A stretch of 64,000 nt of DNA from a bacterium. Its GTDB lineage: Bacteria > SAR324 > JACQKK01. Below are positions 19,995 to 30,087 of this stretch, in pieces. Location: NCBI GenBank assembly GCA_965240465.1, contig OZ251219.1, forward strand, positions 416,001 to 480,000, read 5' to 3'. The notes beneath the pieces were generated by a model that did no database searches, had not been told where the DNA came from, and was given only the letters and a program-made list of their open reading frames with translations. A program made the translations under genes and the position numbers. Numbering within the stretch: the first letter of the stretch is position 1; the number at the start of each line of letters is the position of its first letter.

Positions 19995-21299
19995 TCAGGA
20001 ACGCTGCACGCGGGAGTGCACCCAGCGAAGAACACCAGCCACTACCGATGCCATCAAGCCCCCCTTCATGGGCATGTCTTTATAGGGAGTCCAGCCGCAA
20101 AGGCTATAGACTTCATCATCTCCTTGGGAGATACGCCACTTCCAGTCAGGGTCTATGAGTACCAAATCAGCATCGGCACCTGTTTCTAGGCGTCCTTTGT
20201 TTAATCCGAAATAATGGGCGGCGTTGCCGCTAGTGAGAGCCATCAATCTTTCAAGATCAAACCACCCCCGCTGCCACCAGTTGATGGCATGGGCGAAGAG
20301 ATATTCCACTCCGGGCATACCACTGGGAGCTTGGTGATAGGGGGAATTTTTTTCCATCAGGGTGTGAGGGGCGTGATCGCTGCCTAGGCATCCGTAGCAA
20401 TAGGGCAGGATTCTCAGTAGTTCCTGTTGTAAGAAGCGTTCCCGCAAGGGAGGATTAACCTTGAAGCAATTAGGGTTCACTTGGGGAATATCCTCCACGC
20501 TAAACAATAAATGATGAGGACAAAATTCCATCATTATCTGCTCCTCCATCTTTAAGGCCGCGATCCAATCCCGAGGTTCTGCACAAGTGGTATGTGCCAA
20601 ATATATTTTCACTCCCAGTTCCCGAGCCCACATCAGTACCAATTGAACCGCTCGCAGTTCCGCCCGAGCAGGACGTAGCTGGTGATGATGAAAAACACTG
20701 GGAGGAAATCCATCCCGACAAGCTTCCAGAGTCTCAGCATCTTCGGCATGCACCATGACCGGCAACTGCAACTCTGCCGCCTGACGCATATGCTCCCGAA
20801 TAGCCTCCAAGGGCAACCCCGATTCAGCGGTGGTGGCCCCCATGTATATCTTCAATGCCCGCACTTCTGGCATTTCGGCTGCTTGCTTTACCTCTGCCAG
20901 ATTATCTTCAGTAGCCCCAAAATTATAAAACATGTGGCAAGGAGTATCTTGTCCTAAGGCTATCTTTTCCTTCAGAGCCGCTACGGTAATGGTCTTCGGA
21001 ACGGTATTGGGCATATCCGCACAGGTAGTCACCCCGCCCTTCACTGCTGAAATTCCTCCTGAACGAATGGTCTCTTTATGTTCTCCCCCCGGGGTACGAA
21101 AATGCACGTGCATATCTATCGCCCCTGGTAGCAGTAGCCAGCCCCGACCATCCAGTACTTCTTCCGCGGCGGTAGCTGGCAATTCGGGAGTAGCCGCGAT
21201 TTCGGTTATCACCCCTCCTTCACAACGAACACAAGCCTGCTGCCCATCAGGTAGCCAAATGTCCCTAATTAGCAGAGGATGTTCTTGGACAAGGGACAT
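19995..21299 (-). CDS. pyrC: Dihydroorotase-family amidohydrolase
   Basis: PGAIDMHVHFRTPG, DMPNT, VHAED, KVNPPLR, SDHAPH. Confidence 0.85.
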   Translation of the reverse strand: MSLVQEHPLLIRDIWLPDGQQACVRCEGGVITEIAATPELPATAAEEVLDGRGWLLLPGAIDMHVHFRTPGGEHKETIRSGGISAVKGGVTTCADMPNTVPKTITVAALKEKIALGQDTPCHMFYNFGATEDNLAEVKQAAEMPEVRALKIYMGATTAESGLPLEAIREHMRQAAELQLPVMVHAEDAETLEACRDGFPPSVFHHHQLRPARAELRAVQLVLMWARELGVKIYLAHTTCAEPRDWIAALKMEEQIMMEFCPHHLLFSVEDIPQVNPNCFKVNPPLRERFLQQELLRILPYCYGCLGSDHAPHTLMEKNSPYHQAPSGMPGVEYLFAHAINWWQRGWFDLERLMALTSGNAAHYFGLNKGRLETGADADLVLIDPDWKWRISQGDDEVYSLCGWTPYKDMPMKGGLMASVVAGVLRWVHSRVQRS

Positions 21300-21340
21300 A
21301 ATAACCGTACATTCGGCTAGACTACAGAAATCTATACCTT

Positions 21341-21408
21341 ACACAATGCCAGTCTTAATACAATACCAGTCTTGATACAATACCAGTCTTGATACAATGC
21401 CAGTCTTA
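21341..21408. repeat. 17-nt x4 intergenic repeat
   Basis: ATACAAT(A/G)CCAGTCTT(A/G) x4. Confidence 0.93.
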
Positions 21409-21526
21409 AATTGGGGTAGCTAATTTTTTACTAGCCAGGGACACCTAAGTCCAACTATACAATTAAGCTTAAGGGAGAGCATTGCCTCATAAGATTAAGG
21501 GAGAGCATTGCGGTACTAAGGTCATT

Positions 21527-22117
21527 ATGAAATTGATATTCATAACTGTCAACGCGGGCAAATTACAAGAAGCTCGTCACTGGCTATTGCCGATCCTCCC
21601 CGAGGGCAGTCAGGTAGAAGGTAAGGTGATGAGCTTAGCAGAACCCCAGACCTTAGACCTAAATTATCTGATAGAGAAAAAAGCCGAACAAGCTGCCCAA
21701 CGAATTAAATTTCCGTTTTTGGTGGACGATACTGCCCTTTGTTTTAAGGCTTGGCAGGGTTTGCCAGGGACCTTTGTTAAATTTTTTGTAGATAAAATAG
21801 GCACTCAAGGCTTATTTGACGCCCTAGCAGCTTTTCCCAACCGAGAAGCTACCGCCATTTGTAGCTTGGGTTATCGGGATGCTCAACAGACGCATTATTT
21901 TCAGGCGGAGCTACATGGCAGAATCGTCCCTCCCAGAGGAGGAGGAGGTTTCGGCTGGGATGCCTTATTTCAGCCTGAGGGTAGCCAACAAACCCTAGCC
22001 GAGATGGACCAATCTACCCGCCGTCAATTCTCTATGCGAGCCCGTGCCTTTGAGCAATTAGCGCGTCATATCAGCTTATCCAGCCAGTTCAATAATCCTC
22101 CTCCGCCGTGTAGCTGA
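21527..22117 (+). CDS. Non-canonical purine NTP pyrophosphatase (Ham1/RdgB family)
   Basis: ITVNAGK, VDDTAL, GLPG.FVK, FGWD..F; the canonical SHR appears as SMR. Confidence 0.88.
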   Translation: MKLIFITVNAGKLQEARHWLLPILPEGSQVEGKVMSLAEPQTLDLNYLIEKKAEQAAQRIKFPFLVDDTALCFKAWQGLPGTFVKFFVDKIGTQGLFDALAAFPNREATAICSLGYRDAQQTHYFQAELHGRIVPPRGGGGFGWDALFQPEGSQQTLAEMDQSTRRQFSMRARAFEQLARHISLSSQFNNPPPPCS

Positions 22118-22740
22118 AAAAATCGCACCAGCACCCCACCCGCTCCCAAGAATAATGCAAAGGGCAACGGCGATCCCCATAATGGCTTCCGTTGCAACAA
22201 CAACCAAAATGGCCCCACCAATAATGCCAAACTACTAGACACTAACACCACCCACCAAATTCCCAAAACCCCCACATGAACCCCAATCGCAGCCAGAACC
22301 GCAGCATCGCCCTCGCCCAAACCTGCCCGTCCTCGCAACCAACGATAAAAAAAACCCACCAAAAACAATCCCCCCGCCCCCAATAACGCCCCTGTTAAGC
22401 CATCCAGCAATAATCCTAATCCCCCATCTTCCAAACCCAGCCATAGCAAACGGGATACCAACGAAATCGCTATAAGCCATGGTTCCACCTGTAGGGTCTT
22501 AAAATCCATTATTGCCAATAAATACAAGGGCAACACCATGGTCACCGCCTCAAAACGACCAGCCGGCAACACCAAAACCCACCCCAGCATTATTAGCCCC
22601 AACCCCAACGGATGTCCAAAAAGCTCCACTCTACTAAGCATCACCCCCATCCGAATCAGCCACTTACACAACCATACCCCTGCCAACCCACCGCTACTGG
22701 CATAGCAAAACACCAGAAAAAAATTCCAGCCGCTGATCAT
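22066..22740 (-). CDS. Prepilin peptidase, A24 family (short form)
   Basis: AIMD and GLGEGD catalytic Asp motifs, LPFALFL; highly hydrophobic; no N-terminal CxxC domain visible. Confidence 0.8.
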   Translation of the reverse strand: MISGWNFFLVFCYASSGGLAGVWLCKWLIRMGVMLSRVELFGHPLGLGLIMLGWVLVLPAGRFEAVTMVLPLYLLAIMDFKTLQVEPWLIAISLVSRLLWLGLEDGGLGLLLDGLTGALLGAGGLFLVGFFYRWLRGRAGLGEGDAAVLAAIGVHVGVLGIWWVVLVSSSLALLVGPFWLLLQRKPLWGSPLPFALFLGAGGVLVRFFQLHGGGGLLNWLDKLI

Positions 22741-24455
22741 TTGTTCTTCCTTGCCGATTCGGTGTTCCTAAGCCTCATTAAAATCCTCTCTTGTTGCCAC
22801 TTAAACCATCCCACTACCAGCAGTAGCAATATCATATAAAACCCCAGCAAACCCTGCAACGACCAACCTAACTGATGCTCAAACACAAAAGGTGATCCCT
22901 GCTTACGCAGAAATTGCACCAACACCAGCCAAGCATCCAATATCCACTGCAAACTCCCGAAAAGCATCCACTCCACCCAACCTCCAACCGAAATATGAAA
23001 GAGCATCAAGCCCAAACTCAGTACCATTGCCATTAAACCGACAGGCAGTACAATCAATCCCAGCAAGGGAGCAATTAGTAAATTACCCGCAAAAGCTAAT
23101 AAACTAATCCTGCCAAATACATAGCTGGTCAAAGGCCACAAACCCAAAATGATAAAAGCACTTACCCACAAATTCATGCCGATAAACCTTCTACCGCTTT
23201 TAAGCAGTTTGAGCCACCATCTCCTCGGAATGTTCTCCCTCCTGTCCCTAGGAAAACACCCTAAACCCAAAGTTAGAAAAAAATATGCCAAAAAAGAAAG
23301 CTGAAACGATAACTCATAAACCACACTGGCATCCCACCACAGCAAAAGTAAGGCAGCTACTCCCAATAAATGCAACTTAGCAATACGCAAACCCGCTAAA
23401 CCACTCCCCAATAACATACTACCCATCACCCCCGCCCGCACCGCCGGAGGAGGCCAACCAATCATGGCAATCTGAGCCCAAACCAAACCCATCGCTAACC
23501 ACCTTTGCCACATCCTTCCCGCTTCAGCATTGCTCCAAGCAGGACAAAAACGACGCACCCAGCCTAAAACAAACCAAAATACTCCAAAAAATAAACCCAC
23601 ATGCAAACCACTAATAGCCAGTAAATGTGCCACTCCCGCATCCCGAAAACCACGTAATACCTCACGACCCTCCGGCGTTTCTACCCCTCGTAGACCCAAT
23701 AACACCGGCCGATATACCGCATGAGCCCCAGCATCCAAATAATAACCCGCCCGTAAACTCAACTGCCTCTGCAAACTACCTCCCCAACCAACCGCCGCAG
23801 GCAACGGACGCCATACCGCCTCCTTAGCACTAATCACTAATCGCCCCCAACCAGAAGATATATCCAAACCCCTAACCCCCAATCCTAAGGGCAATCCCTT
23901 CCTCACCCGCCACTGCTGCCGAACATCTACCGGTAACCGAATTCGCAACTCCACCGCCCGCTGTTCGGCTTCCCCTCCCAAACTCAAACGAACCTTGCCT
24001 AGCAATACCCACGCCTCCTTCTCATTATGTATCGCCAAACTAGAACTATCACCTGCCCTCTCACTTGCTTCGTTACTTGCTTTGTCATTTGCCCTGATTT
24101 TGTCTATCCCCCGTACCACTCCCGATATCCACAGCCAATCCTTACTTCCAACAGCCTGCCGAATAAGAACCTCTGCTCCCCCATGCCACCACCACAATTG
24201 CCAAAGCAAGGGCCCTACTAATATGCTGACCCATAAACCCTGCCTGCCAAAACCACTAGCCCATAAACCCAGTGCTAAGGATAATCCTCCTACCGCTACC
24301 AAACGTAAATCTACTTCTTCCCGCACCCATAGTAACCAACAAAATATCCCTGCCAACCCCATTAAAGGCAACCACCGAACGAAATGCACCCACCGAACAA
24401 AATGCACCCACCGCATCCGAACATTTAGCGTGAATAGCACCTTTTTTAGTTCCAT
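22737..24455 (-). CDS. comEC: ComEC/Rec2 competence protein
   Basis: GVAHLLAISGLHVG, PAVRAGVM, SFQLSF; multiple TM segments. Confidence 0.9.
   Translation of the reverse strand: MELKKVLFTLNVRMRWVHFVRWVHFVRWLPLMGLAGIFCWLLWVREEVDLRLVAVGGLSLALGLWASGFGRQGLWVSILVGPLLWQLWWWHGGAEVLIRQAVGSKDWLWISGVVRGIDKIRANDKASNEASERAGDSSSLAIHNEKEAWVLLGKVRLSLGGEAEQRAVELRIRLPVDVRQQWRVRKGLPLGLGVRGLDISSGWGRLVISAKEAVWRPLPAAVGWGGSLQRQLSLRAGYYLDAGAHAVYRPVLLGLRGVETPEGREVLRGFRDAGVAHLLAISGLHVGLFFGVFWFVLGWVRRFCPAWSNAEAGRMWQRWLAMGLVWAQIAMIGWPPPAVRAGVMGSMLLGSGLAGLRIAKLHLLGVAALLLLWWDASVVYELSFQLSFLAYFFLTLGLGCFPRDRRENIPRRWWLKLLKSGRRFIGMNLWVSAFIILGLWPLTSYVFGRISLLAFAGNLLIAPLLGLIVLPVGLMAMVLSLGLMLFHISVGGWVEWMLFGSLQWILDAWLVLVQFLRKQGSPFVFEHQLGWSLQGLLGFYMILLLLVVGWFKWQQERILMRLRNTESARKNK
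24372..24413. repeat. 18-nt x2+ in-frame repeat in the comEC N-terminus (RWVHFV)
   Basis: CCACCGAAC(G/A)AAATGCAC x2. Confidence 0.87.
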
Positions 24456-24553
24456 CTCTACCTATCTACTTGCTTGAAAAAAACTTCTCACCATAAAATG
24501 ATATGCTAATGTAAATAAAATAATTCGCTGGACAAAAAACAGATAAAATCCAA

Positions 24554-25387
24554 ATGAGAACATTACTGCTAACCCTATCACTTGTATTCACTACTACTGC
24601 CATCGCCCAAGATGCAGAGATCAAACTGCTGGAAAAAATTGCCCAGCAAGGAAATGCTGCCATGCAATTTATCTTGGGACTACAGTATGAAATGGAAGCC
24701 CAAGATTATGAAAAAGCCGTTGAGTGGTATCAAAAATCTGCCGAGCAAGGCGATTCCGATGCTCAATCCAGACTGGGTAAGCTATATGCCACTGGCAGGG
24801 GAGTCCCCAGGGACTACCAAAAAGCCCTAGCTTGGCTAGAAAAAGCCGCTCGTCAAAATGATGCCGAAGCCCAGTTCAATTTGGGAGTAATGTATCAATT
24901 TGGCTTGGGGGTGCAAGAGAACTATCTTAAGGTTGAGAAATGGTGGAAAGCAGCTGCCAAACGAGGCTCTGCCAAAGCTCAATTTAATTTGGGGGTGTTG
25001 TACAGTCAGGGCGATCATTTGAAGCAGAATTATCGCCTAGCTGCCAAATTATTTAAAAAGGCAGCCCGCCAAGATGTCTCCGAAGCAGCCTTTAATTTGG
25101 GGGTGATGTACCGCAACGGTCAAGGGGTTTCCAGAAATCTTGTTCTGGCTCTAAGTTTTTTTTATATTATCCACCCAAAAGGAAGTGAATTTGCACCAGA
25201 AAACCTAGCCGAAGAAATAGGAGCAGAATCAAAGCTACGATTAAAGGAGAAACTACCAGAAATACTCCTAGCAACAGTGCTGACTGAAGTAAAACTTTTA
25301 GAAAGTGAGCTTAATCAAAAAGCAATCGCCAAAGCCAAAAAATATGCTTATAAGTTCCGTAAAAAGTATCTATTAAAAAGCACCTGA
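24554..25387 (+). CDS. Secreted Sel1-repeat protein
   Basis: Signal peptide; repeated AQFNLG.MY..G.GV.....A..W..KAA units. Confidence 0.92.
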   Translation: MRTLLLTLSLVFTTTAIAQDAEIKLLEKIAQQGNAAMQFILGLQYEMEAQDYEKAVEWYQKSAEQGDSDAQSRLGKLYATGRGVPRDYQKALAWLEKAARQNDAEAQFNLGVMYQFGLGVQENYLKVEKWWKAAAKRGSAKAQFNLGVLYSQGDHLKQNYRLAAKLFKKAARQDVSEAAFNLGVMYRNGQGVSRNLVLALSFFYIIHPKGSEFAPENLAEEIGAESKLRLKEKLPEILLATVLTEVKLLESELNQKAIAKAKKYAYKFRKKYLLKST

Positions 25388-25498
25388 TAAAGAAAACTTG
25401 AGCATACTGGCTTAAATTAGAGACCGCCCGCCCATCTGCTCCAGCTTAGTTAAATCATCCCGATCCAGCTTTTCTTAACCTTCACTGGAACGCAAAAA

Positions 25499-27040
25499 AT
25501 GTACCTCTGGTGTCATCCTGTAAAATCATCAAAAACCAGGACGCAAAAAACCAGGACGCAGAAAACCAGGACGCAAAAAACCAGGACGCAAAAAACCAGG
25601 ACGCAGAAATTCCTGCTCCAGTTCCTGCTTCCAGGAGCATTGCTAGTAACTGCAGCGGGGGTGAGAGCTCAAGATACAAAGCTTAGCTACCAAGCTAGTC
25701 AGGGTCGTGCTCAAGCTCAAGCTGATCTGGGATTCATCTACGCCACTGGTTCGGGAGTGAACCAAGATTATGTTCTAGCTCGGGAATGGTTGAAAAAAGC
25801 AGCTCAACAGGGGCATGCCGAAGCTCAATACAACCTAGGCATGTTGCATGCACAAGGTCTGGGAGTGCCACAAAGCTACTCTGAAGCCTACTATTGGTAC
25901 CAAAAGGCAGCCCAGCAAGGCCACCCCGAAGCACAGACAAGTCTAGGATTGCTGTATCAAAAAGGGCTGGGTATTACTCCTAGCTACGTACCCATGGCTA
26001 GCATTGTTGTAGCTAGTGATTACCTCCAAGCCCGCCGCTGGTACCAAAAAGCCGCCCGTCAAGGACATCCTCCAGCTCAATTTAATCTGGGATTATTGTA
26101 TGCACTCGCTCTAGGAGTGCCTCAGGACTACACCACTGCAGCCCGTCTTTTCACCCTGGCAGCCAAGCAAGGACTGCCTGATGCCCAATACAACCTCGGT
26201 CTCTTGTACGCCAAAGGTTTAGGAGTAACTGAAAATTCCCGCCGAGCAGAGACCTGGTTTAGAGCTGCTGCTAATCAAAATTTTGCTAGAGCACAGTACA
26301 ACCTAGGATTATTGTTAAGCCCAGGATTAGGAACCTCCCCAAATAGAGTGAAAGCTGCTACCTGGATCATCCAAGCAGCCCAACAAGGATATCCCCCTGC
26401 CCAGCACCGCCTTGGCATTCTATACCTCAGAGGACTCGGAGTACCCCAAAATCGTCCGCTAGCAATCCAATGGATTGAAAAATCCGCCCAGGGAGGCTTC
26501 CCCGAAGCCCAATATGATTTCGGAGTGCTTTATCAAAAGGGCCTAGGCGTACCTGAAAATTTATCCCAGCTCCGTAAATGGCACCAAAAAGCAGCTCAAC
26601 AAGGGTACGACAAAGCCCAATACAGCTTGGGACGACTACTCCAAAAAGGCCAAGGAGGATTGAAAAACGTCCCCCGATCTGCCAAATGGTACCAAAAGGC
26701 CGCCCAACAAAAACATCCCAAAGCCCAATACCAGCTGGGTCTACTGTATGAGCTCGGCCATGGCGTACCCAAAGATGAAAAAAAGGCTACCCAGTTATTC
26801 AACGCCGCAGCCCGACAAGGAGATCGCAACGCCCAATACAAACTCGGCTTGCTTAGCTACATAGATAAAAACCAACCTGATAATGAATCTCAGGCCTTAA
26901 GCTTCTTTTATCTGGCTGAAGAACAAGGCAACCCTCAGGCAAAAAAAGGAGTCACCATACTGGAAAATAAACTGGACTATCAAAAAATCCTCCAAGCTCA
27001 ACGATTGTCTGCCAAATTCCAAACTCATTACCTAAAATAA
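25499..27040 (+). CDS. Secreted Sel1-repeat protein (about 11 repeats) with KTRTQ x5 in the N-region
   Basis: 36-aa Sel1 repeats; signal-peptide-like segment ending VRA. Confidence 0.92.
   Translation: MYLWCHPVKSSKTRTQKTRTQKTRTQKTRTQKTRTQKFLLQFLLPGALLVTAAGVRAQDTKLSYQASQGRAQAQADLGFIYATGSGVNQDYVLAREWLKKAAQQGHAEAQYNLGMLHAQGLGVPQSYSEAYYWYQKAAQQGHPEAQTSLGLLYQKGLGITPSYVPMASIVVASDYLQARRWYQKAARQGHPPAQFNLGLLYALALGVPQDYTTAARLFTLAAKQGLPDAQYNLGLLYAKGLGVTENSRRAETWFRAAANQNFARAQYNLGLLLSPGLGTSPNRVKAATWIIQAAQQGYPPAQHRLGILYLRGLGVPQNRPLAIQWIEKSAQGGFPEAQYDFGVLYQKGLGVPENLSQLRKWHQKAAQQGYDKAQYSLGRLLQKGQGGLKNVPRSAKWYQKAAQQKHPKAQYQLGLLYELGHGVPKDEKKATQLFNAAARQGDRNAQYKLGLLSYIDKNQPDNESQALSFFYLAEEQGNPQAKKGVTILENKLDYQKILQAQRLSAKFQTHYLK
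25531..25609. repeat. 15-nt x5 in-frame repeat (KTRTQ)
   Basis: (A/G)AAAACCAGGACGCA x5. Confidence 0.95.
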
Positions 27041-27103
27041 CCACCAGCAAAATACTCCCTCTAGCACCTCCTCCCAAATAAAATACATTAAGTAAAATAC
27101 ATC

Positions 27104-28168
27104 ATGAAATTATTGCTGTTCTTCATCCCCCTAGCCTGCTTCGCCCTAGGAGCATTCGCCCAAGATATTGAACTCGTTAAAAAAGCCGCCGCCGGAGATG
27201 CCAAATCTCAGTACTTTCTGGGAACCGTCTATCATCAAGGTCAGGAAGTACCTTGGAATCACACCAAAGCCGCCGAATGGTACCTAAAAGCAGCCCAGCA
27301 AGGACACGCAAAAGCCCAGTACAACTTGGCATTACTTTATGAAACAGGTATTGGAGTACCCCAAAATTATTCCCAGGCCGCTAAGTGGTACCAAGCATCA
27401 GCCAAAAGAAAATATGCCCCCGCCCAATACAACCTAGGACGATTCTATTTGCAAGGGCTCGGAGTAAGAAAAAATGCTAAATTAGCCCTCAGGTGGCTGA
27501 AAAAAGCTGCCAAACAGGGACATATTAAGGCTCAAGCTACCTTGGGTAATTTATATTCCGAAGGGCAAGACGTTAAGCAAAGTGATAAAAAAGCTGCCAA
27601 ATTCATGGAGAAAGCTGCCAAACAAGGCGATGCCGATACTCTGTTTAAGCTAGGAACAATCCATGAGTTCTCCCCTGATGAAGATAACCGAGCTCGCGAA
27701 TTGTACCAAAAAGCTGCCGAACAAGGACACGCCGATGCCCAATTCTACTTAGGAAGATTATATGCTCAAGGATCCCGAGTGCCTAAAAATATCCGAGTGG
27801 CCCGCATCTGGTACAAAAGAGCTGCTAATCAAGGTCACGCAGAAGCCCAACTTAACCTAGCCCTGCTGTATCTGGTAGGAAAAGACGTACTGAAAAACGA
27901 TTCCCAAGCCGCCAAATTGTTTGAAAAAGCAGCCCGTCAAGGTTTGTCTACCGCCCAATACAACCTGGGATTGCTCTACAGCCAAGGTCGGGGGCTTAGA
28001 AAAAGTAATGTCCGCGCCCTGAGTTTCTTTTACTTAGCTCAACTCCAAGGACATAACAATGCCAAAAATGCCGTCCTAGAACTGGAGGCTAAACTAGAAA
28101 ACCGATATATTATTAAAGCACAAAAAAAAGCCAACTCTTTTCAAAAAAAATACCTGAAAAGGAGATAA
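27104..28168 (+). CDS. Secreted Sel1-repeat protein
   Basis: Signal peptide ending AFA; multiple Sel1 repeats. Confidence 0.93.
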   Translation: MKLLLFFIPLACFALGAFAQDIELVKKAAAGDAKSQYFLGTVYHQGQEVPWNHTKAAEWYLKAAQQGHAKAQYNLALLYETGIGVPQNYSQAAKWYQASAKRKYAPAQYNLGRFYLQGLGVRKNAKLALRWLKKAAKQGHIKAQATLGNLYSEGQDVKQSDKKAAKFMEKAAKQGDADTLFKLGTIHEFSPDEDNRARELYQKAAEQGHADAQFYLGRLYAQGSRVPKNIRVARIWYKRAANQGHAEAQLNLALLYLVGKDVLKNDSQAAKLFEKAARQGLSTAQYNLGLLYSQGRGLRKSNVRALSFFYLAQLQGHNNAKNAVLELEAKLENRYIIKAQKKANSFQKKYLKRR

Positions 28169-28207
28169 ACACCATAAATCCTCTCCCCTTAGCCCAATTC
28201 CCCCTTC

Positions 28208-28813
28208 ATGACCCGCCACCACCATAATAACTACACCAACGACCTCTACTCCAACCAAGCTAAACTAATGGGATATGCCGCTCGCTCGGCTTTCAAACTA
28301 ATAGAAGCTAACCAGAAGCATCGCTTGCTAAAATTAGGCATGCACGTGCTAGACCTAGGTTGTGCCCCAGGATCCTGGTGCCAATACGCCGCCCAACAAG
28401 TCGGCTCCCAAGGACAAATTATCGGCATTGACCTCAATCCAATAACCACTAAAATGCCTCCCCAAGTCACCTGCTACCAAGCCGACATCACCACCGATAT
28501 AACACCCCTGCTACATCCTCACGCCCCCTTTGATGTTATCCTCAGCGACCTCGCCCCCAATACCAGCGGAATACCAAAAGCTGATGCCGACCGCTCCCAC
28601 AAACTAGTGGAAACCGTACTGGAACTGACCGCCCTCTGGCTAAAACCACAAGGAACACTATTCGCCAAAGTATTTCAAGGCTCACATATGCCCGCACTCT
28701 ATGCTAAAATTCGGCAATGCTTCCAAAAAACTCGCACCCTCAAACCCAAATCATCACGCCCCCAAAGTGTGGAAATCTTCCTGCTGGGACTAAAATGGCA
28801 GGGGAAACTATAA
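28208..28813 (+). CDS. rlmE: 23S rRNA Um2552 2'-O-methyltransferase
   Basis: ARSAFKL, VLDLGCAPGSW, SDLAPNTSG, KPKSSR..S.E. Confidence 0.95.
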   Translation: MTRHHHNNYTNDLYSNQAKLMGYAARSAFKLIEANQKHRLLKLGMHVLDLGCAPGSWCQYAAQQVGSQGQIIGIDLNPITTKMPPQVTCYQADITTDITPLLHPHAPFDVILSDLAPNTSGIPKADADRSHKLVETVLELTALWLKPQGTLFAKVFQGSHMPALYAKIRQCFQKTRTLKPKSSRPQSVEIFLLGLKWQGKL

Positions 28814-30066
28814 CCTCCCTGCTCCTTGAACCACTGGGCGGCATCGCTGGCGATATGACCATCGCAGCTATTTTGCAGCTGGGAGTTGATCCCCATCGGC
28901 TAAAAACAGCCCTGGCAAGCCTGAAAATTAAAGGACTGGATTTCGAAACCAAGCTTGAATCCAGGCATGGCATCCAAGGATTACACTTCCGTCCATTACT
29001 AAAACAAAAATCAGGGCCGTCTAAGCCCAAACCCGATGCCACTAATCATCAGGGAAGAGCCGCGGCAGAACTATTGGAGGTGCTTGACCAATCTCAGCTG
29101 GAAAAGACTATCAAACAGCAGTCTCGGGCGGTTTTACAAAAATTAGCTGCCGCAGAAGGACGGGTGCATGGTATTTCTCCTGAAAAGGTGATCTTCCACG
29201 AGCTGGGAGGTTGGGATACGCTGGTAGATATTGTTTCGGTTTGTGTTGGCTTGGCAGCTCTTAAGGTAAGTCAGGTATACTGTGCTACCGTTCCTCTTGG
29301 ATCGGGTTGGGTGAATACTGCCCACGGTCGCATGCCCATCCCTGCCCCAGCTACCTTAGAACTAATGCAAGGATTTCTTGTGAGCAAGGGCGGTCCTGAA
29401 ATGGAACGCACTACCCCCACTGGAGCCGCCATCTTAGCAGCTCTAGCCCGACCAATTCCTCAGCCCTTTGTATTTACTCCCATCAAAATCGGCTGGGGAG
29501 TGGGAAGTACTCATCACCCCGATTTTCCCAATGTGCTACGAGCAATCCTTTGTCAGTCCCAGCAACCCGCCCCCTCAATCCCTCAACCCGCCCTCTCAAC
29601 CCCTCAACCCGCCCCAGACTGGCAGGAGGAAACCATCACTTGTGCCCAAACCAACCTAGACAATGCCAACCCCGAATGGCTAGGATGGCTCATGGAAAAA
29701 CTTTTTCAGGCGGGTGCTTTGGATGTCACCTACAGCCCCCTGCAAATGAAAAAAAACCGCCCCGGAACCTTGCTCCAAATTTGGTATCCCCCTCAAAAGC
29801 AACAGGAAATACTGGCTATCGTATTCACTGAATCCTCCACCCTAGGTATACGATACCAACATTGCCAGCGAGCCTTCCTCAACCGAACTTCCCTCACCCT
29901 GAATACCAAACTAGGAAAAATTAAAGGCAAACTCATCCACTGGCAAGGACAAAACCGCTTTACACCAGAATTTGAAGCTTGCCGACAACTGGCTCTAACC
30001 CACCAACTGCCCCTGCCCGAAATCTACGCTCAGGCACAACAAGCCTTTCTGAAACAACAAAAATAA
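28795..30066 (+). CDS. larC: Nickel pincer cofactor biosynthesis protein LarC
   Basis: GIAGDM, AEGRVHG, FHELG..D, AHG.MPIPAPAT, TPTGAA, MKKNRPG, STLGIR, PEFE.C. Confidence 0.92.
   Translation: MAGETITSLLLEPLGGIAGDMTIAAILQLGVDPHRLKTALASLKIKGLDFETKLESRHGIQGLHFRPLLKQKSGPSKPKPDATNHQGRAAAELLEVLDQSQLEKTIKQQSRAVLQKLAAAEGRVHGISPEKVIFHELGGWDTLVDIVSVCVGLAALKVSQVYCATVPLGSGWVNTAHGRMPIPAPATLELMQGFLVSKGGPEMERTTPTGAAILAALARPIPQPFVFTPIKIGWGVGSTHHPDFPNVLRAILCQSQQPAPSIPQPALSTPQPAPDWQEETITCAQTNLDNANPEWLGWLMEKLFQAGALDVTYSPLQMKKNRPGTLLQIWYPPQKQQEILAIVFTESSTLGIRYQHCQRAFLNRTSLTLNTKLGKIKGKLIHWQGQNRFTPEFEACRQLALTHQLPLPEIYAQAQQAFLKQQK
29563..29615. repeat. 21-nt x2.5 in-frame repeat in the larC linker (QPAPSIP)
   Basis: CAACCCGCCC(C/T)CTCAA(T/C)CCCT. 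Confidence 0.85.
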
Positions 30067-30087
30067 GTCCCCGCTAAGCCTAAATAC

